Assembly (NCBI RefSeq): GCF_018977255.1
Contig: NW_024704745.1
Location: 21,018,001 to 21,082,000, forward strand
DNA: 64,000 bases
Direction: 5' to 3'
From: Callorhinchus milii
Taxonomy: Eukaryota
The first letter of the stretch is position 1, and each line of letters opens with the position of its first letter. Shown here piece by piece: positions 45,501 to 60,500 of the stretch. The translations under genes were made by a program, and so were the position numbers. Below the pieces are notes generated by a model, which saw only the letters and a program-made list of their open reading frames with translations, was not told where the DNA came from and made no database searches.

Positions 45501-48500
45501 GGACAGCATGTTGCTCAGCTGTGAGGCCTCAACGTCCTCTGTTAATGTCAATGTCCTCGCAACAGTTAAGCGCTCTGAAGCACTACCCAGCATGAAGAGC
45601 ACTCTATAAATGCAAGTTGTTGAGTTGTTGTTAAGCTCTCTGGGATGCTACCCTGCATGAGAGGTGCTATACAAATACAAGTTGTTATTATTACTGTTGT
45701 TGTTGTATGCAACGCTAAGCCTGGTACGTACCTTCATTGGTGGAACTCTTGTTCTAATAGCAGCAAACAGGCTCACTTGTTCTGCAAACTCATGCAGCTG
45801 GGCACCATTTCCATCCTCAGCACTTAACTGCTCCATTGCAGGGTATTGTGGGCTGAGCTGGGCACTATTGCTGCAGCCACTGTCCACCGACTCAGCCTGC
45901 CAGCTCCTACAATAAAGTTGTCGTCAATTTCTATTTTCTTGTTTTCGTACAATTCATTTTTTGGAACAAGATGCAATCTTAATATTTTCATTACGCCAGT
46001 AAATCAATGGCTCACCAAAGAAAGCCAATAATGGCTCAATGTGCAAAGTATAAATTAGCTGCAGTGCTTAATGAAAACATTGAGTTATACAGCCATTAAA
46101 GTACTACATTGTGCTAACCTCATATTTTCACTTACTCTCCCTTGCTCCCTCTCGTCCCTTTATCTGTCTCTCTTTCTGAGACTCTTTCCCTCTCTAACAA
46201 CGTTCTCTCCCTCTGAATTTGTCTGTCTCCCTGTTTCTAAATCTCTATCTTTCACACTTCTGAGCCTAACCCTACACACTACCTATTAAAAAAATTGCTC
46301 AATAAACACACTTATCTCATGTCACTGGATCAATAGCGCTATGTTGCTAAATTCAATTCCTGGGAAGCTTGGGGGCATGCACACAACTAAACTTTTTTTT
46401 GCTGATAAAATTGCACGTGAGCCTGATGCAGATAAGTGGCAATGCAGATATTTGGAGATTTATTGTACTTTATTCAAAAACGTTTCAACAAAACATAAAA
46501 TAACAATGCATCACTAAAGCAGGCGAATGTATGATTAGCTAATAGCATATGAAGGATTAGGTTATAATTTGGTATGAATCATGTTAGAAATTATCTATGC
46601 TAATTTAGACAGAAAGGGAAGAGAAACAGAATGGATAATGCTGCTTATGTGACATGGTAGCAAATTGTGTCGATCAGATTGATGTATAAATCAGTCTCAT
46701 GCCTTGAAGTGAATCATGCTTGTTGAAAGTATCCAGGAAGTTGCTTTTGCCAGATCATTGATTTGAGCCATTTGGAGTACAATACAAACGTAGTTGGTAA
46801 AACTTGCATTGATCTCTCAAAAAATAGCCCCTTAAAAGATCTTGTGTGGCGGACACCCCACTCCCCCACTAGAACTTTCAAGGAGTCATTTTTAATGCTA
46901 TCAAATAACTAATCAAATGATATCAGTGCCAGTTAGTGGAACGCTGCCTAAGTTGCGCATGCGCAGAGCTCTCTCAGTCACCAGCCAGTCTAATTTTAGA
47001 CCAGGAACTACAAATGCCGATCCTCATTTCAAATTGTTTCTTGCAGGATAGATAAATTAATATTTCAGCACATTCGACTTCAATCTGCCATCAGAATAAT
47101 AACATGACTTAACATGTATAAATTATGCTACCAGTTAAACGTTATGACTACATGCAAACAAAGTAGCCCGTGCTGCAAGTTACTATACAGTATCTAACCA
47201 AGCCCCTGGTGAGGTCTTCACAGAAATCCAAAATTGTTTAAAGTGACAGGAGCAGATCTGTGTCAAGCCCTGGAACCAGCTAAAAGAGATTTAAAACTTT
47301 ATGACAATGATTTGTGGACGTTTCAGTTTGGAGCTGAAACAGAAAAAAGTGAGCACCTTTCTGACACTGCCTCAGCTTTGTCTTCCTTCATTTCTTCATG
47401 GATTTCTTCCTCTGTGCACCCTAATTTCACTCTCTCCTCCTCTAACTGTTTCTCCACTGCTTCCAGCTGGGCTGTGGTTCTTGCTAAAAGCATTGACACG
47501 GCATCCTTCATTGAATGGGAAAATAATTATTAATACTCAATACATTAAATATGGCAACAAAACAGAAAATAAATCCAAGCATTGAGCACACAACACCACA
47601 AATTAACTCAGATAAGGATATTCATTAGAGGTCTGCTTTTAACTACTATTGATTTTACTATTAACAATTTTATTGGTAATTTTACATGAGATAGAAATAT
47701 CAGAACGAGTATGCTATTCAACCTGTTGAATAGTTCTGCCATTTTCTTAGACCATGGCAATATTTTAATCTAATTTCTGCACAATTTCAGACATTAATCA
47801 AGTGAATCATCCCTGCACCCCTACATAGATGATGTATCCTTTCTAAAGTTGAGCACAAAAACTGGATACAATACTGTAAAAGGGGTCTGGCAACCGTTCT
47901 ATACTATTGCCATAGCTTTACATTCATAACCTCCTTATTATAAAATCCAGAATTCATATAGTCTAGGCTGGCACTCCATTGCAGTACTAGGGGTGTGCTG
48001 TATTGCTGCATGTACTGTCATTCAGATGACACAAGGTCCCACCTGCCTGTTCATGCCTATACTGTGAGCTCAAAGCTCCAGTCATGGGATTTGAACCCAC
48101 AATCTTCTGTCTCAAAGTCGAAAGCACTACTAACTGATCCAAGTTGACAAGCTTAATATGGTCACTGTCTTCAGTTCATTCTCTTTTTCAATGCTCTTTA
48201 CTACCTTAGGGAGTTAACTCCTTCCCTAACTGCACACTTCCTGTCATAATATTGAAAGAATAATTTTGCAATATATTCTGTGTTTGCTGCCATGTCCCTT
48301 TCCAGTTCTCTCTTGGCACCCTATTTTAGAAAAAAACTCTTTGTACAATCCTGTATTGATTCCAATGGTGACACTCTCCTTCCTTTGTAAATCTTCCTCT
48401 GCATTAAGCTCCATTTATTTTTCCATTGATCCATTTTGGAGCATTCGTGTTTAATTTTCCCTGTTGCAGTGAGGTATGCACTCGGCCTGTATGCTCTTTA

Positions 48501-51500
48501 TGTTTTTGAAGGATGCTCTTTACCCTCAATTGATGTGTTCTTGTGGAACGCCTCCCAGTCCATGTTACTTAGTGCCTACCAGTCTGTGTCACCTAGATTC
48601 AATCACCACTAATGTTTATCAGAATTGTACAGATTAGCTATCATTTCACAGCAGCCACTGTTCTTTGTCAGTACATGAACTGATTATCTTTAAGACGCAT
48701 CAACGCCTGTTCAGACATACCTTCATTTCACTGTCTGTTAACTTTCCAACGGGTAAAAATCCACAGAATTGACTGCTATTTTTTTGAAGTTGTACCCCTG
48801 TGCGGGTGAAGGTTGCCACATGATACCACTGAAGCAGCATTTCACTTGGTCTTTCAAAGTCAGCCAGACTTATCTGCACAAATCCCTAATCAAATAAAAG
48901 ATTGCAAGTTAGAAGGCAATAAGCACAAATAGATCAACATTTAAGACACAACTTTGGTTTGCTGGCTTTTATATCATGCATTGAGACATTCCATTCTGGA
49001 TTGGGCAGTGCAATTTGTTCCATTCAGCATAATAACAAGTTCATTATGTTATGCCACTGGGACAAAAACCACATTATTTGATTTTAGCTTCCTAATCTAC
49101 ATTGGACAAAAAAAAGTAACACTTCAGAATTCAGAAAAAAATCAAGTTTGTTTTAAAATGTTCTTAAAGAAAAACAATGTGCAATTTGCTCTTCAATGGT
49201 ATTAAAGAAAAAGTATAAAGTTCCCAGGCTGTTTGACCCATGAAAAACTGAGCATTTTGAACAGCCAATGGGTCTGCGTTACTTCTCTGTTTATATTGTG
49301 TGAGTTCAAATCACCACCAACACTGGCAATTTGCTGCCAAATGTGCAATATAAATTCAGCACAAAAAATAGCCAGCTTCAGGAAACTGTCTATACCTTTA
49401 ATCTACTTGTTCCTACATTAATTACTAATCAATGTAAGATGTCAGATATGAGCTAATTGATGAAACCATTCCTAATTCTTTCATCCAAGTAAAATTCTAC
49501 AGTTTTTTCAATTAACAAAATGATCTTCTTATACAAGAATTCACTAACAAAGGTAACTTACAACTCTCAAGTTTATCAAAAACTCAGTACAACAAAATAT
49601 TATTTGTTTTTGGTCAGTCAAGTGTTTGCCACATATGGAAACCCATCACCATGCTTAGGAGTTTCCAAACCAAGTCTCCGAGAGTTTTGCGGGTGCATGG
49701 TTTCTATTTGTGTGGCATGATGTATGTACACTCTTGGAAGAACATATCCTGCGCACCCATTCCTGCTGGGAGTTAGCAAGAGGCAAGGATTAGGGAATTT
49801 AGAATGTGCATTGGGATACTGCGAGAGTTTAGCCAGCTAAAACCATTTTGAATATTGCGTGCCAACTTCTCGCCCTTGTCCTTTTCTACGATCATCCTAA
49901 AATGTAAGGCATCAGCTTGTAGAGTTAACAAGGGCTGAATGCAATGAATTCAAGCTTCCAGTGACTGGTCTGCTCCTTCAAGTCCTGATAATCATCAATG
50001 TCTTGGGGGAACTGTGGATTGTCTGGTTTAGGAACTGGACTACAGATACCACTGGAGACTACAGCAAGTATATAAGCAGGTAGTCATTGAAATTAGCACT
50101 TACCAGTAGGTCTTCTTGTATCTGTTGGTCAATGGAACATATGTCCAGTTGCAGAGATTTCAGCCTCAACACACTAGCTGGGACAAGTATTGGAAAAGAT
50201 TCGCTGTAAGTTATGAGTGCCTGAAATTCCAAAGGCTTGGAGCAGAAAGTAAATGCAGTGTTGGAGTCAAATGGCAGCAAAGAAATTCGGATGTATCTTT
50301 AAAAAAAGACATAATTAATGTTATTATGAATCTACAATTAAGCATATTTATTCACTTAATTTCAATCCTCTCAAAAACAAAAAGGATGGTGCTTTCAAAT
50401 TAAATCTGATTTTAGATATTACTGAGTTGAAGACTATGATGTAAATGCATTCTTATCTAAAATAAACTTCTATTTTTATTCCTTACTTGCTCAGATGGGC
50501 ACATAAAATATTTTGAGATTAGTTGTACCTCAAAAAATGTCTAATTTCCTCTAAATGGAATAAAGTTGAGCATTTTGTTTAGTCAGCAATTTCTCTTGCA
50601 TTTATTTACAGCCCAACAGCACAAAAGCATTAAGTGACTCTTGCAAATCAACACATTTTACCTAGCAAAGATTATTGTTATTATTTTATCTGGTCACAAT
50701 GGACACAACTTTAATGATGAGAAGCATCCCTTATGTGACGGAAGCCATTTACAACTATCCCACCCTAAATCTGGCTAGTCACAGTAGCCCCATAATAGTG
50801 GTTGGGGGGGGGAGAAGAGGAAGGAGAAAGTACAATTTCGGAGACACAGTGACTTGGAGCTGCACCCTCATTGTTCTCTTTAAAGAGTGCGTGAGTTTGC
50901 AGCCTCACAGGGCTATTGTTTTTTTGCTGCTGTGCCAATACTAACAGTGTGGGGCCACCGTGCTCCAGTCATTGTGTTAGCAAAGAAAAACTAACTTCCG
51001 GTCAGGATTTCACACGCTGACAAAATCTCCATAGTCATGGGTACGCGCTCACATCAAGACAAGTTTCGGTTAACATTTGAGGCACAAAGAGAAAGATGTC
51101 CCAAAGGTTAAAAACGTCATTACTTGAAAGAGGGCAGCTTAATCCCATTTGTATTGTTTCCATCAATAAACAGCATTTGCACTCCCTGCTGTAAATCACT
51201 TTGATCAAGAATCTGTGGAAAGTTCTCTACATGTGCGACCAAGCACTTCTGCAGAGCTTTGCTAACCAAAGTCAAACAGCAGTTCAGAATTGTGATATTG
51301 TTAAAGAGACAATCTCGTCATGTTATGTTGTATTAAAAAAGGCTGTATAATGTTGAACTCGGCGACCAAGAACTTTTATGGGGCCATTTCAATGGAAGCT
51401 GAGCAAGAAAATGAATCGAATTGCACAAGCTCCATTTATACTGCAACAGTCAGAATCATTTTCTTGGTAAGACTACCAAGCTACTGGAGAAGAATAAAAC

Positions 51501-54500
51501 CCTTCACGATCATGCAAATCCAGTTTCAGCACTGATTTGGTGTCATTTTCACAGCAGAACAAAAGTATAGATGCCCTACAGGTGGGTTATTGAACTGTAT
51601 ATCTGATTCTTCATTTATTACAAATGTTATTTTGACCATTAAGTAACAGAATTATTCCAATATAAGATCTAAGGGATGAACTGTGGTGTTTGAAGAAGGC
51701 AAAATTCCACAGTAATACTAACTTTATCAGCTCTAAATTGTAGGGAAGTAAAACTAAGACTATTGAGAGATAGTAATTCAAGAATTATCTCCAACTCAAA
51801 AAGCCGTAACAGCCTAACAAGGAATCAAATATTTAGAAAGGTATTGGTGGGAGAGTATTAATTGCACCATAAATTATGTTACTTTTCTGAAGTCGTTATT
51901 CCAGCTTCTGCAATAGTTATTGCCATAGGCAATGACATTTTTGAAATGTGCTATTACTGGTAAAAAATATCAAATCACCATTTGCTCAGAAGTGCAGCTC
52001 CTACAAAGAAAGTTGCTGCGCCACACAATGAGATCAGGCCCATAGGTCCATGATGAGATGAGTGGGTTGCTGGCTACAATAAAGACATTTTTTCCTGCCC
52101 ACAAGAAGTGCTATGTGGGTTTTAAACAAGTTTAAAAGTCACCATTCAACTATAAAGAAAACTAAAATTACAATAAGTCAGCTGTCAATATGAGGCTTTT
52201 GAAACTTGAGAGCTTCTGACTTACACTTTGTTCCCTTCTTTCACTTGTAAAGCAGCAAGATTCCTTAACTGGAGTACATGAACTATCAGTCGTTCATCTC
52301 GATCATCATACCTACAAATACAAAAGTTTGCAAATAGACTTATTAAATAATCATACATCAGCTTATCGTGGTAAATGAACACCCATAGCCACAGAATGTC
52401 ATCAAATGTGGGCTCCAGTTATAAAGATGAGCATTCAGCTAACTGATTAAAGAAGGATGTTACTGCTACACAAGTGTTTTCAAATCTAACAAGTTTATCC
52501 TTTGTCAGGTCTTTACAGCTTCTACTGAAATGGTCTGAACCATAAATGACTACAGTTGCTAATAAATTGACATTCTACAAAATTGGATACATTCAGCTGG
52601 CAAGATATGGCAAGTAAACTCCCTACAGCAAACAGAACTTGGCATTTAAAAATTTGCTGTTCTTGCAAAATGTCACTTTGTTTCTTCTTCTCCTGTAGCT
52701 ATTGGGGGTAAATATTGTTGCTGTGATGTTATATGTGTCGAAAAATCTGCCCTGTCAATAACTAAAGTAATTGACTAATCTACAGGGTTCCTTCCATCCA
52801 AATGGAAGTACATTAAAGGCTGCCAGACACAAAAAAGTCTTTTTTTCTTCAGTTTTTTCCTTTAACAAACGCTACAGTTATAATCTAAATTGGCAGAACA
52901 CTTTTGGGGAGTCAAAAGCAATTCACACCAGCTCTACGAGATATGTTGTTTTTTGCATTTGTATTTGTTCTGCCATTACACTTAGGAAACTGCTATCACC
53001 ATTAAAAAGCTGTTCAATCATTTAATATTCAACCAATAGCACAATATTTACTGGCATACCTGGAAAACAATCTCATTCAGAAAAAAATACACTTAGCAAA
53101 TTGGAGCCAAGTCTTTCCACATGACAATGCCTAAAACATACTGAATGAGTATGCAAACTATTCAGTAAGGAGGATACAATTCAAACTTACACGAGTCCCA
53201 CTTTGATTTGGGTTGGGTCAACAGCGACAGAATTGTTGTCATACAATGGCTCATCTATATCTTCAGGCCTGCAAACAGAAATAATTAATACTAAGTCATT
53301 CATTATTACCACAACTATAAATGTTACACTCCAGAAATTGTTAAGATGCCCCGTTATGGATCAATTTTAAATTGAAGGTAAACCACCAGGTTTAAAATGA
53401 TTCTCCAGAGCTAGTTTGGACAATAAATTCAAGCAATCTTTAGCAAAGGCAAGCCAACATTTAAAAGATTAATATTATAAAATACTTGGAAAGAACAAAA
53501 CCAGTTTATTGTTCACTCTAATCCTTTCTGAAGTTCATTTTAATTTGTAGTTGATATTGTGTTCATAACAGGGAACAGAAAATGCCAAACAATATAATAA
53601 TGGCCTTAGAATTCTCAAATCCAGCATAAATCTGCAATTCTAACTGGACTGTTAAATGTTTCATTTTATCTTATTAAAAACAGCCAGAATACAATAGTGA
53701 CAGGGATTACACTGGTGAGAAGGTTATAAGAGGCAAGCAATGGGATTTGAAACTTAATTTTTTTTACATCACACATGCAATACGTCAGCTTTTGATGCTC
53801 AGAAATTTAATTTCATCACCTTTTATTTAATGCCTCAAAAACTCCACTGTCTGTTGCAACAGAATCATCTGATAAACCTGCTGAGACTCTTCGTGTTCTC
53901 CTGCTCGCCTTGATAGCACTGTCTGAACGCATAGTTACTGCTAGAAAAGAAAAAATAAACAATACTTTGATCTAGTTACCAAGACATAGTGATAAAATAC
54001 ACATGATTACAACTATGCGTAACATAGTAAATGCCTGAAATTCCTTCTTATTGTCATTGATGCTCCAACAATGTTAACTGTAAATAGAGCACTCAAGTCT
54101 CCTGTACATGTATTTGCACACGGCAGGATGCAACACACCCACATCCTATTCTTTCAGGAAAGATCCGGTTTCAGATGCTTGGTTTTCAACAGAAGGATTA
54201 CACAATAGAGAATGTCATGAGGAAGCAGAAAGCCAAGCTCAAAACCGTCAACATAAAGAATTTATCAAGCTGAGAAATCACAAGATAGATTTTACATTAC
54301 ATCACCACAGGGTGGCAACAGTCTGCAAAGACTGCCAGAAACGAAAAGCATTCTGAGGAAAATAACCAAATTTCTAACTTTACTAGTTTTTCATTTTAAA
54401 CTTTCTTGGACACCTTCTGACCGACACCTTCAAGCTTCAAGAAATACAACAATTCCAATTAAAGATGGACTAATGATTTTGCATATTATTATCTGCACCA

Positions 54501-57500
54501 ACTGCAACTACCATTTTGCACCTGAAATTGAGCAATACACTAACAAATTGACTAAAAACAAAAATGGGAATCCCAAATGAGGCAAAATGCCATTTTATAG
54601 TATTCGGGGTCATACATTTTTCACAATATTTCGGGTGCAGGTCAGAAGTTGAATTAGTGAAGTAAATGTGAATGCGATTTGTGAATGCTTTATTTTAAAC
54701 CCTTATAAATTATTTTATAATTAATTTATCAAACCAGATATTTTCAACTAAGCAAAAATGGAAATACCCATCCATTATCTAGTCTGTCATACCCAACCTT
54801 AATTTGACACATTAGGTCTATTAAAAGTAAATCCTGTGAAGTGATTGATACATTCTCCCAATGTGAATATATCAAATGCAAGTCTTTTTATTATGTGTTT
54901 TCAAGAAGTTGCAGATGCCCTTCAGCTAAACAGTTCAATGATATTCAATGTTCAAATGACCATGACCAAATCTAGTTTAGAATATAATAATATATTAAAT
55001 TGAAGTATTACTGTACCTCCTAAACCTTGTACTGCTGGTCTTAATCTAGGAGCAATATCTTGGGAGAATTTCATATCTCCAAATGAAGCTCCAGTGACTT
55101 GGGAAGAAACAGCTTCCTGCAGATCTTGGCACACAGCCTGGGCTTGTAGTCGGAGATTTTCTGATTCTGATCTTCCTACAAGCTCCTCAAATTCCTCATT
55201 CATCTGGGCCAAGGGAGAGTCGCGAGAAGCAGAGTGATATGGCGTGTCCAGTGGGGAACTTGGTGGGGACAGAGATGACAGAGAGGACCTAGATGACAGT
55301 GATGCCAGGGACTGAGGGGGATCAAAGGATCTCCTTGGTTTGTTCAAATTGGACAATCCACAATGTTCTGTGTATGAATGGTCTTTTGTTACTGTATCAA
55401 ATGGAAGAAAGTCAAATTGCAGATGACTTCCCAAATCTGTTGAATTGTCAGTTTCATACTGTGGGAGACCGTAAATGTCAGTAAAACTGACCGAGCTCAA
55501 GGACCCTCTACTTGAAGCTAGTGATCCACAACTAGACGCAAGTGAGCCTCTACTGCTGCCAGATGACACTGTTAGGGAACTAGCGGTCAAACTGCAAGAC
55601 AAAGAATAATTTTAAATCAACAGTATGCTCAATTATAATAACAGACATGCATTTGCCTCTACATAATTAGTGATCATTGAATATTGTACTAGTAAATTAA
55701 TATTCCCTTAACAGTTGACTGTCGATAAGCTGACAACAAAAACAGATTGCATTTATATAGCACCTTTCACTTTGGGAAGACATCCCAAGGTGCTGACAAG
55801 TGTTTGCTTCATAGCATAACATTTATGTAGAATAGTTAGATCTTGGTTTAACCAAATTAACTTGTCATTTCAAAGATTTATCAAGATGTCTTTCAAAATG
55901 AAAAGTAAACTTTTCTTTCACCGTCTTTCTTTTGATCTGGAGTCCCAGAATATTTTTCCTATGAAGCAAGAACGTCTATCATCTTATTACTTTGCTGATA
56001 CAGATGACACGGTATGGAAGATGTTAACTACCAGAATTAAAAGCACTAAGTTAAACTATCAATTCAGATTTGACATTAGGTTATTGTGCTGTGGAACAGC
56101 TGTATGACCTAGCTGTGGGATACTCGTTTGCACTGCACAATCTGTGTCATTCCTTCAACCAATAAAATAAAACAGCTGCCCACACATCTGGCATCCAACG
56201 CAAAAATTGTTCAAGATGAATGAAACAGAAAATCACAAGACACGAGTGTGATCATTTCACACAGTGAAGAACAATCTTAGCAAACTGAAGCAGGAAGAAG
56301 GTGCGCATGGGACGCAAAGATTTTCACTATAAACTACTCCCTTTGATGTAATGTGATTCAAACAAATCTCTCTTGTAGGAGATATCTGTAGGTTCTTTGA
56401 TGTCCCCATAGATATACACCCACCATTTCAAGTTTCCCCTCTCTACCCTGATTTTTAGACAACTGTAGCTTTGAAAGAATCTGTGGGCAGAACCATTCCT
56501 TATTCTGGACAATAGTTGAGCAGCATCTGAATCATGAATATTCAATCACATCACCACAGTATCTAGCTAGTACTGAAACATTCTGAAAATATAACCAACC
56601 CAACAGGGGAATAGCTATTTCTCTGGACCTACCAACAATACAGATCAGGGAACATATAATGCAATCACTGCAACATGTAATGCATTCTGTGAAACCTTTG
56701 TAACAAAACCAACACGGAAACCCTCAACGGTATTCTATTTTCCACATTAACCAACCAATGTTTCTTTCTAGGCTCTCTCATTTGTCTTTAGATTTAACCA
56801 GTGAACCTCAAGATTGCTTTTCACAGATTTGGTTGAGCTTCCTGCATTCAATCAGTTGCAATGTTGAATCTACAACTTCAGACAAATGTGATTTTCGTTT
56901 GGAAATTAATTGAGGAACATTCAATTGTTTAGACTTTCAGGATTATGAACATCATTCCTTCATGCCATAAGCCTTGAATTACATTATATACCATGTCATT
57001 CACTTTAGTGCCCTAAAATTATCCCTGTGATAAAATCTTCAGTAATAGCATTAAGTTCCAGACATGTGAATAATAGTTAGTGACATTTGTAATCAGGCCC
57101 TGAATTTCTACATTGGTTTCAAAATTATTGATTTAAGAAATGCTGAATTTATTTATCTTTGTTCCTGGTAAAACATCTGTCTCCCTGGATTGGCTGGTTA
57201 CATCAGTTCAAGCACAATACAGCAATACAAATAGTATTTCAAACATGATATAATTAAAATTAATGCCAAATTTAATGCCAAAAAACGGACATCCAAGAAA
57301 AAAGTGTATAGTTCTACATTTGTGATGTAGTTCCATATTATGGGACATCTAACAGACTCACCTTTTGAGCTGGGAGTTCAAATATGTAGTGAGACGTGTA
57401 GCTTCTTCCAGCTGTTTCAGTAGACAGTTTTTCTTCTCTTGTAACAGCATCCTACAAAAAGATTAAATAACATAATAATAATCGTTATATTTACTATACT

Positions 57501-60500
57501 GCCTTTCATGTTGAGAGAACGTCCCAAAGCGTTTCAGGGGTTATAATATAAAGTGTAGTAACTATGTATTCTGAGGGCGAACATTGCAGCCAATTATTTG
57601 CACACAGCAATGTCCCACAAACAGCTATGAAGGAAGTTACCAATTTTATTTATTGGAGGTTGCTGGCCAGGACACCAGGAGAAACTCTGTTCTCTTTTTA
57701 AATAGTGCCATGAGATTTTAATCTCCACCTCAACAGGCAGACAGGATCTCGGTTTAATGTCTCATCTGAAGGACAATGCAGCGCACCTCCTGCACTGCAT
57801 TGGAGTGTCATCTTAGACTCTGGTGACTTCAAGTCCCGACATGGGATTTCAACCCACAACCTTCTGACTCAGAGGCGAGAGTGCTACTACTGGGCCAAGC
57901 TGACACATGGAACATTAAATAATGCCAGCTTTTAAAATAATTCTCTACAAGCTGTTGGAACTTTGAATAAAGTGCTTAGAAATGCTGAATAATAAAAAGA
58001 TTTTTTGAGTGTCTATTGACTATGATTTTCTCACAAATTAGGGATAAAATAAGATTGGTGATTTGGGATTGTGGAAATTATTTGCTGTTTATAAGAGTCA
58101 CAGTCAGTTTAAGTACAGTAAAATTAAGTACAGTAAATCAGAAGAGTCTGCTGGAACATTCATGTGAAATAGACTCAAAATCATACTCTATGAATGAGTA
58201 CAGAAAATATTATCTCTATTAATCATACACTTGTTACGTTCTCCAGCATTATTCATGGAGATCCAGGTCACTCCCACCAAAGTTCACTAAACTGGATTGC
58301 AACTGAACAATTTGTTTTGTTCATTGCAGCCAACAATTTTCAGGATGTTCACAGGGAAAACTCATTTTACTTGATGTTGAGCCCAAATATCCAAACCCAT
58401 AAATAGGATTGGTCAGAGAAACAGACGAGAGATTCAGCTGGTCATCAAAAGTGTGGTGGAAGATTGGAAGGTTAAGTGAATGAGAGACGCTGACTCAGGA
58501 ACAGTGCTGTCACACCTGAAGGCTTCAGACTGCTGACTTAACAGTCTAGAACTATTACCAAAAGGTTGGCATGTTGTAGCAGGATGGTGGAGTTCAGTCT
58601 AGTGACTTATTTTGTCAGAATTAGTAACACAATTGGAATTGTGGCCTGTTGTTTGTTTGTGAAAATTCTACTCCATAGCTAACTAAAAATATCAACTGGT
58701 CTGTCTATGTGGACAACCCCCTCTCCCCACCCACCTCCATCACAATAGTTGAGCCCATACTGCCTGGAGACACAATGGATTTGATCAGCTTCAGTGGCAT
58801 TTCAGTGCTAGTCAGCATCCTACAATACCGGGTTAAAACAACCAAAACAGAGTTAAGGCGGTATCCTGACAACTGGCACACCAATATTGCAATCTGTGGC
58901 TGTAAGTCCAAACAGCTTTGGACCCAAACAATGTGGGTCTAAAGAAGAAGTCACAATTTTCAACCTGAAATTTTGCAACATGATGGCTAAGTCCAGCGCA
59001 TTTACAAACTGAATATTACTCTTGACAATTGGGCTGTATAAAAAGTACACAAGATGATAAGCTCCAAACTTTGGGTGTTGCTATACACATGGAGTCATGG
59101 AAATGATGATCAAACCAATTTCTAAATACAGCACTGTGATCGGGAATCAAGGAGCCGACTTGGAACAAGGCGTTTTTGTTCTGGATTATGTTCTACGAGT
59201 CATCAGTCTGCATGGCACAGAATTTATTGTGCAATGAAATCTATAAAAACTAAGCACAAATTCTTAAAATTGATCATTCACTTCATGGCTGTTTGTGAGC
59301 TATTGTTGTGCGCAAATTGGTTGCCGTTTTCGCCCACAAATATTCAGTAAAATCCTATGAAGCCCTTTAAGATATTTCGGCAACGTGATAAGGCACTATT
59401 TCAAGTGCAAGGATTTTTTTTACATTCTTCTTCCAGTTGTAGCGAAACGTGTCTCACATCCTTTCCGCCCTCAGAATCAATTGTTTAACTGTGCTGTAAT
59501 TTATGCCGGCCTGCACACCTGAATCTGGGGCTCTGTGTATGGGTAGGCTACTTTCCTAGAAACAATTCTCAAGTGGTCAGTATTGAAATAAAATAAACAA
59601 TGAGGCAGAACAAATTAAAACTGGGATAGTTATCTGCAATCATTTTGTGTTGTCACTAGCTTGTCATGGATTTGTGCCTCTGAGTGGTGGAAGCTGGCTG
59701 CTCAAGCTATAAGGCAGCAGACTCTATGCTCACCTTTTTTTAAACAGCTACATTCACCGCTGACCAAATGTTGGTGGATTTTTTTAATGTTAGTTAATAG
59801 TCTACTGTTCAATTGTCTCTTTGCGAACATTAACAACAACTTGCATTTAATTAACTCCCTTCACATAGGAATATAATTTATCTCATCCACAAAATGTATA
59901 ATTTATACTTATTTCACCCACACAATACACAGTAAATCCACTTTACAGTATAATCTGTGAAGTGCTTTGAGATGTCTCAAAGACATGATAAGGCACTATA
60001 TCAAATGCAAGGAATATTATTATTATTATTATTGCATCTTGGAGAGCGGAGAGTGGCAGGGTTGGATACCAAATAAGGGAGAAGGGGAAAGAACCATAGG
60101 CAGAATCCAGGAAGTTTGTTTTCTGATGGGATTTAAAAGTAAAGGTTGAGGCAGGGAGTTAAGGGTATAGTGGCTGAAGGCTCAGTCACTGATTTTGGTG
60201 CTGAGTGATCTGGACTGTGTTAGCTGAGCGAGGGAGATGGGATAGGAGTAGGTCAGAGATAGAAAGGTACTAGAACATGAAGGGATTTGTACGTGAGGGT
60301 GAGGATCGTAAAGTTGATCTGTTCAGCGATAAGGAGCCAGCGGAAGCTGATGAGGATTGGGGCGCTGGGTGTTTGGGTATGTTAACACCGTCTTCTGAAC
60401 TTTTTGAACTTTAAGAAAACTTGTCTTTTCCTTGAGTGGAGTGTTACTGTGGGATTCAAAAAGGAATGGGTAAATCGTCCTGACATGAAAGGTACTATAT

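Noticed and set aside
45405-45538. Extra WWC3 cassette exon with CAG|gtgaat donor
   Set aside because: Every candidate acceptor gives a stop codon or the wrong phase.
54108-54356. 82-aa + strand ORF antisense to WWC3
   Set aside because: No recognisable homology or splice structure.
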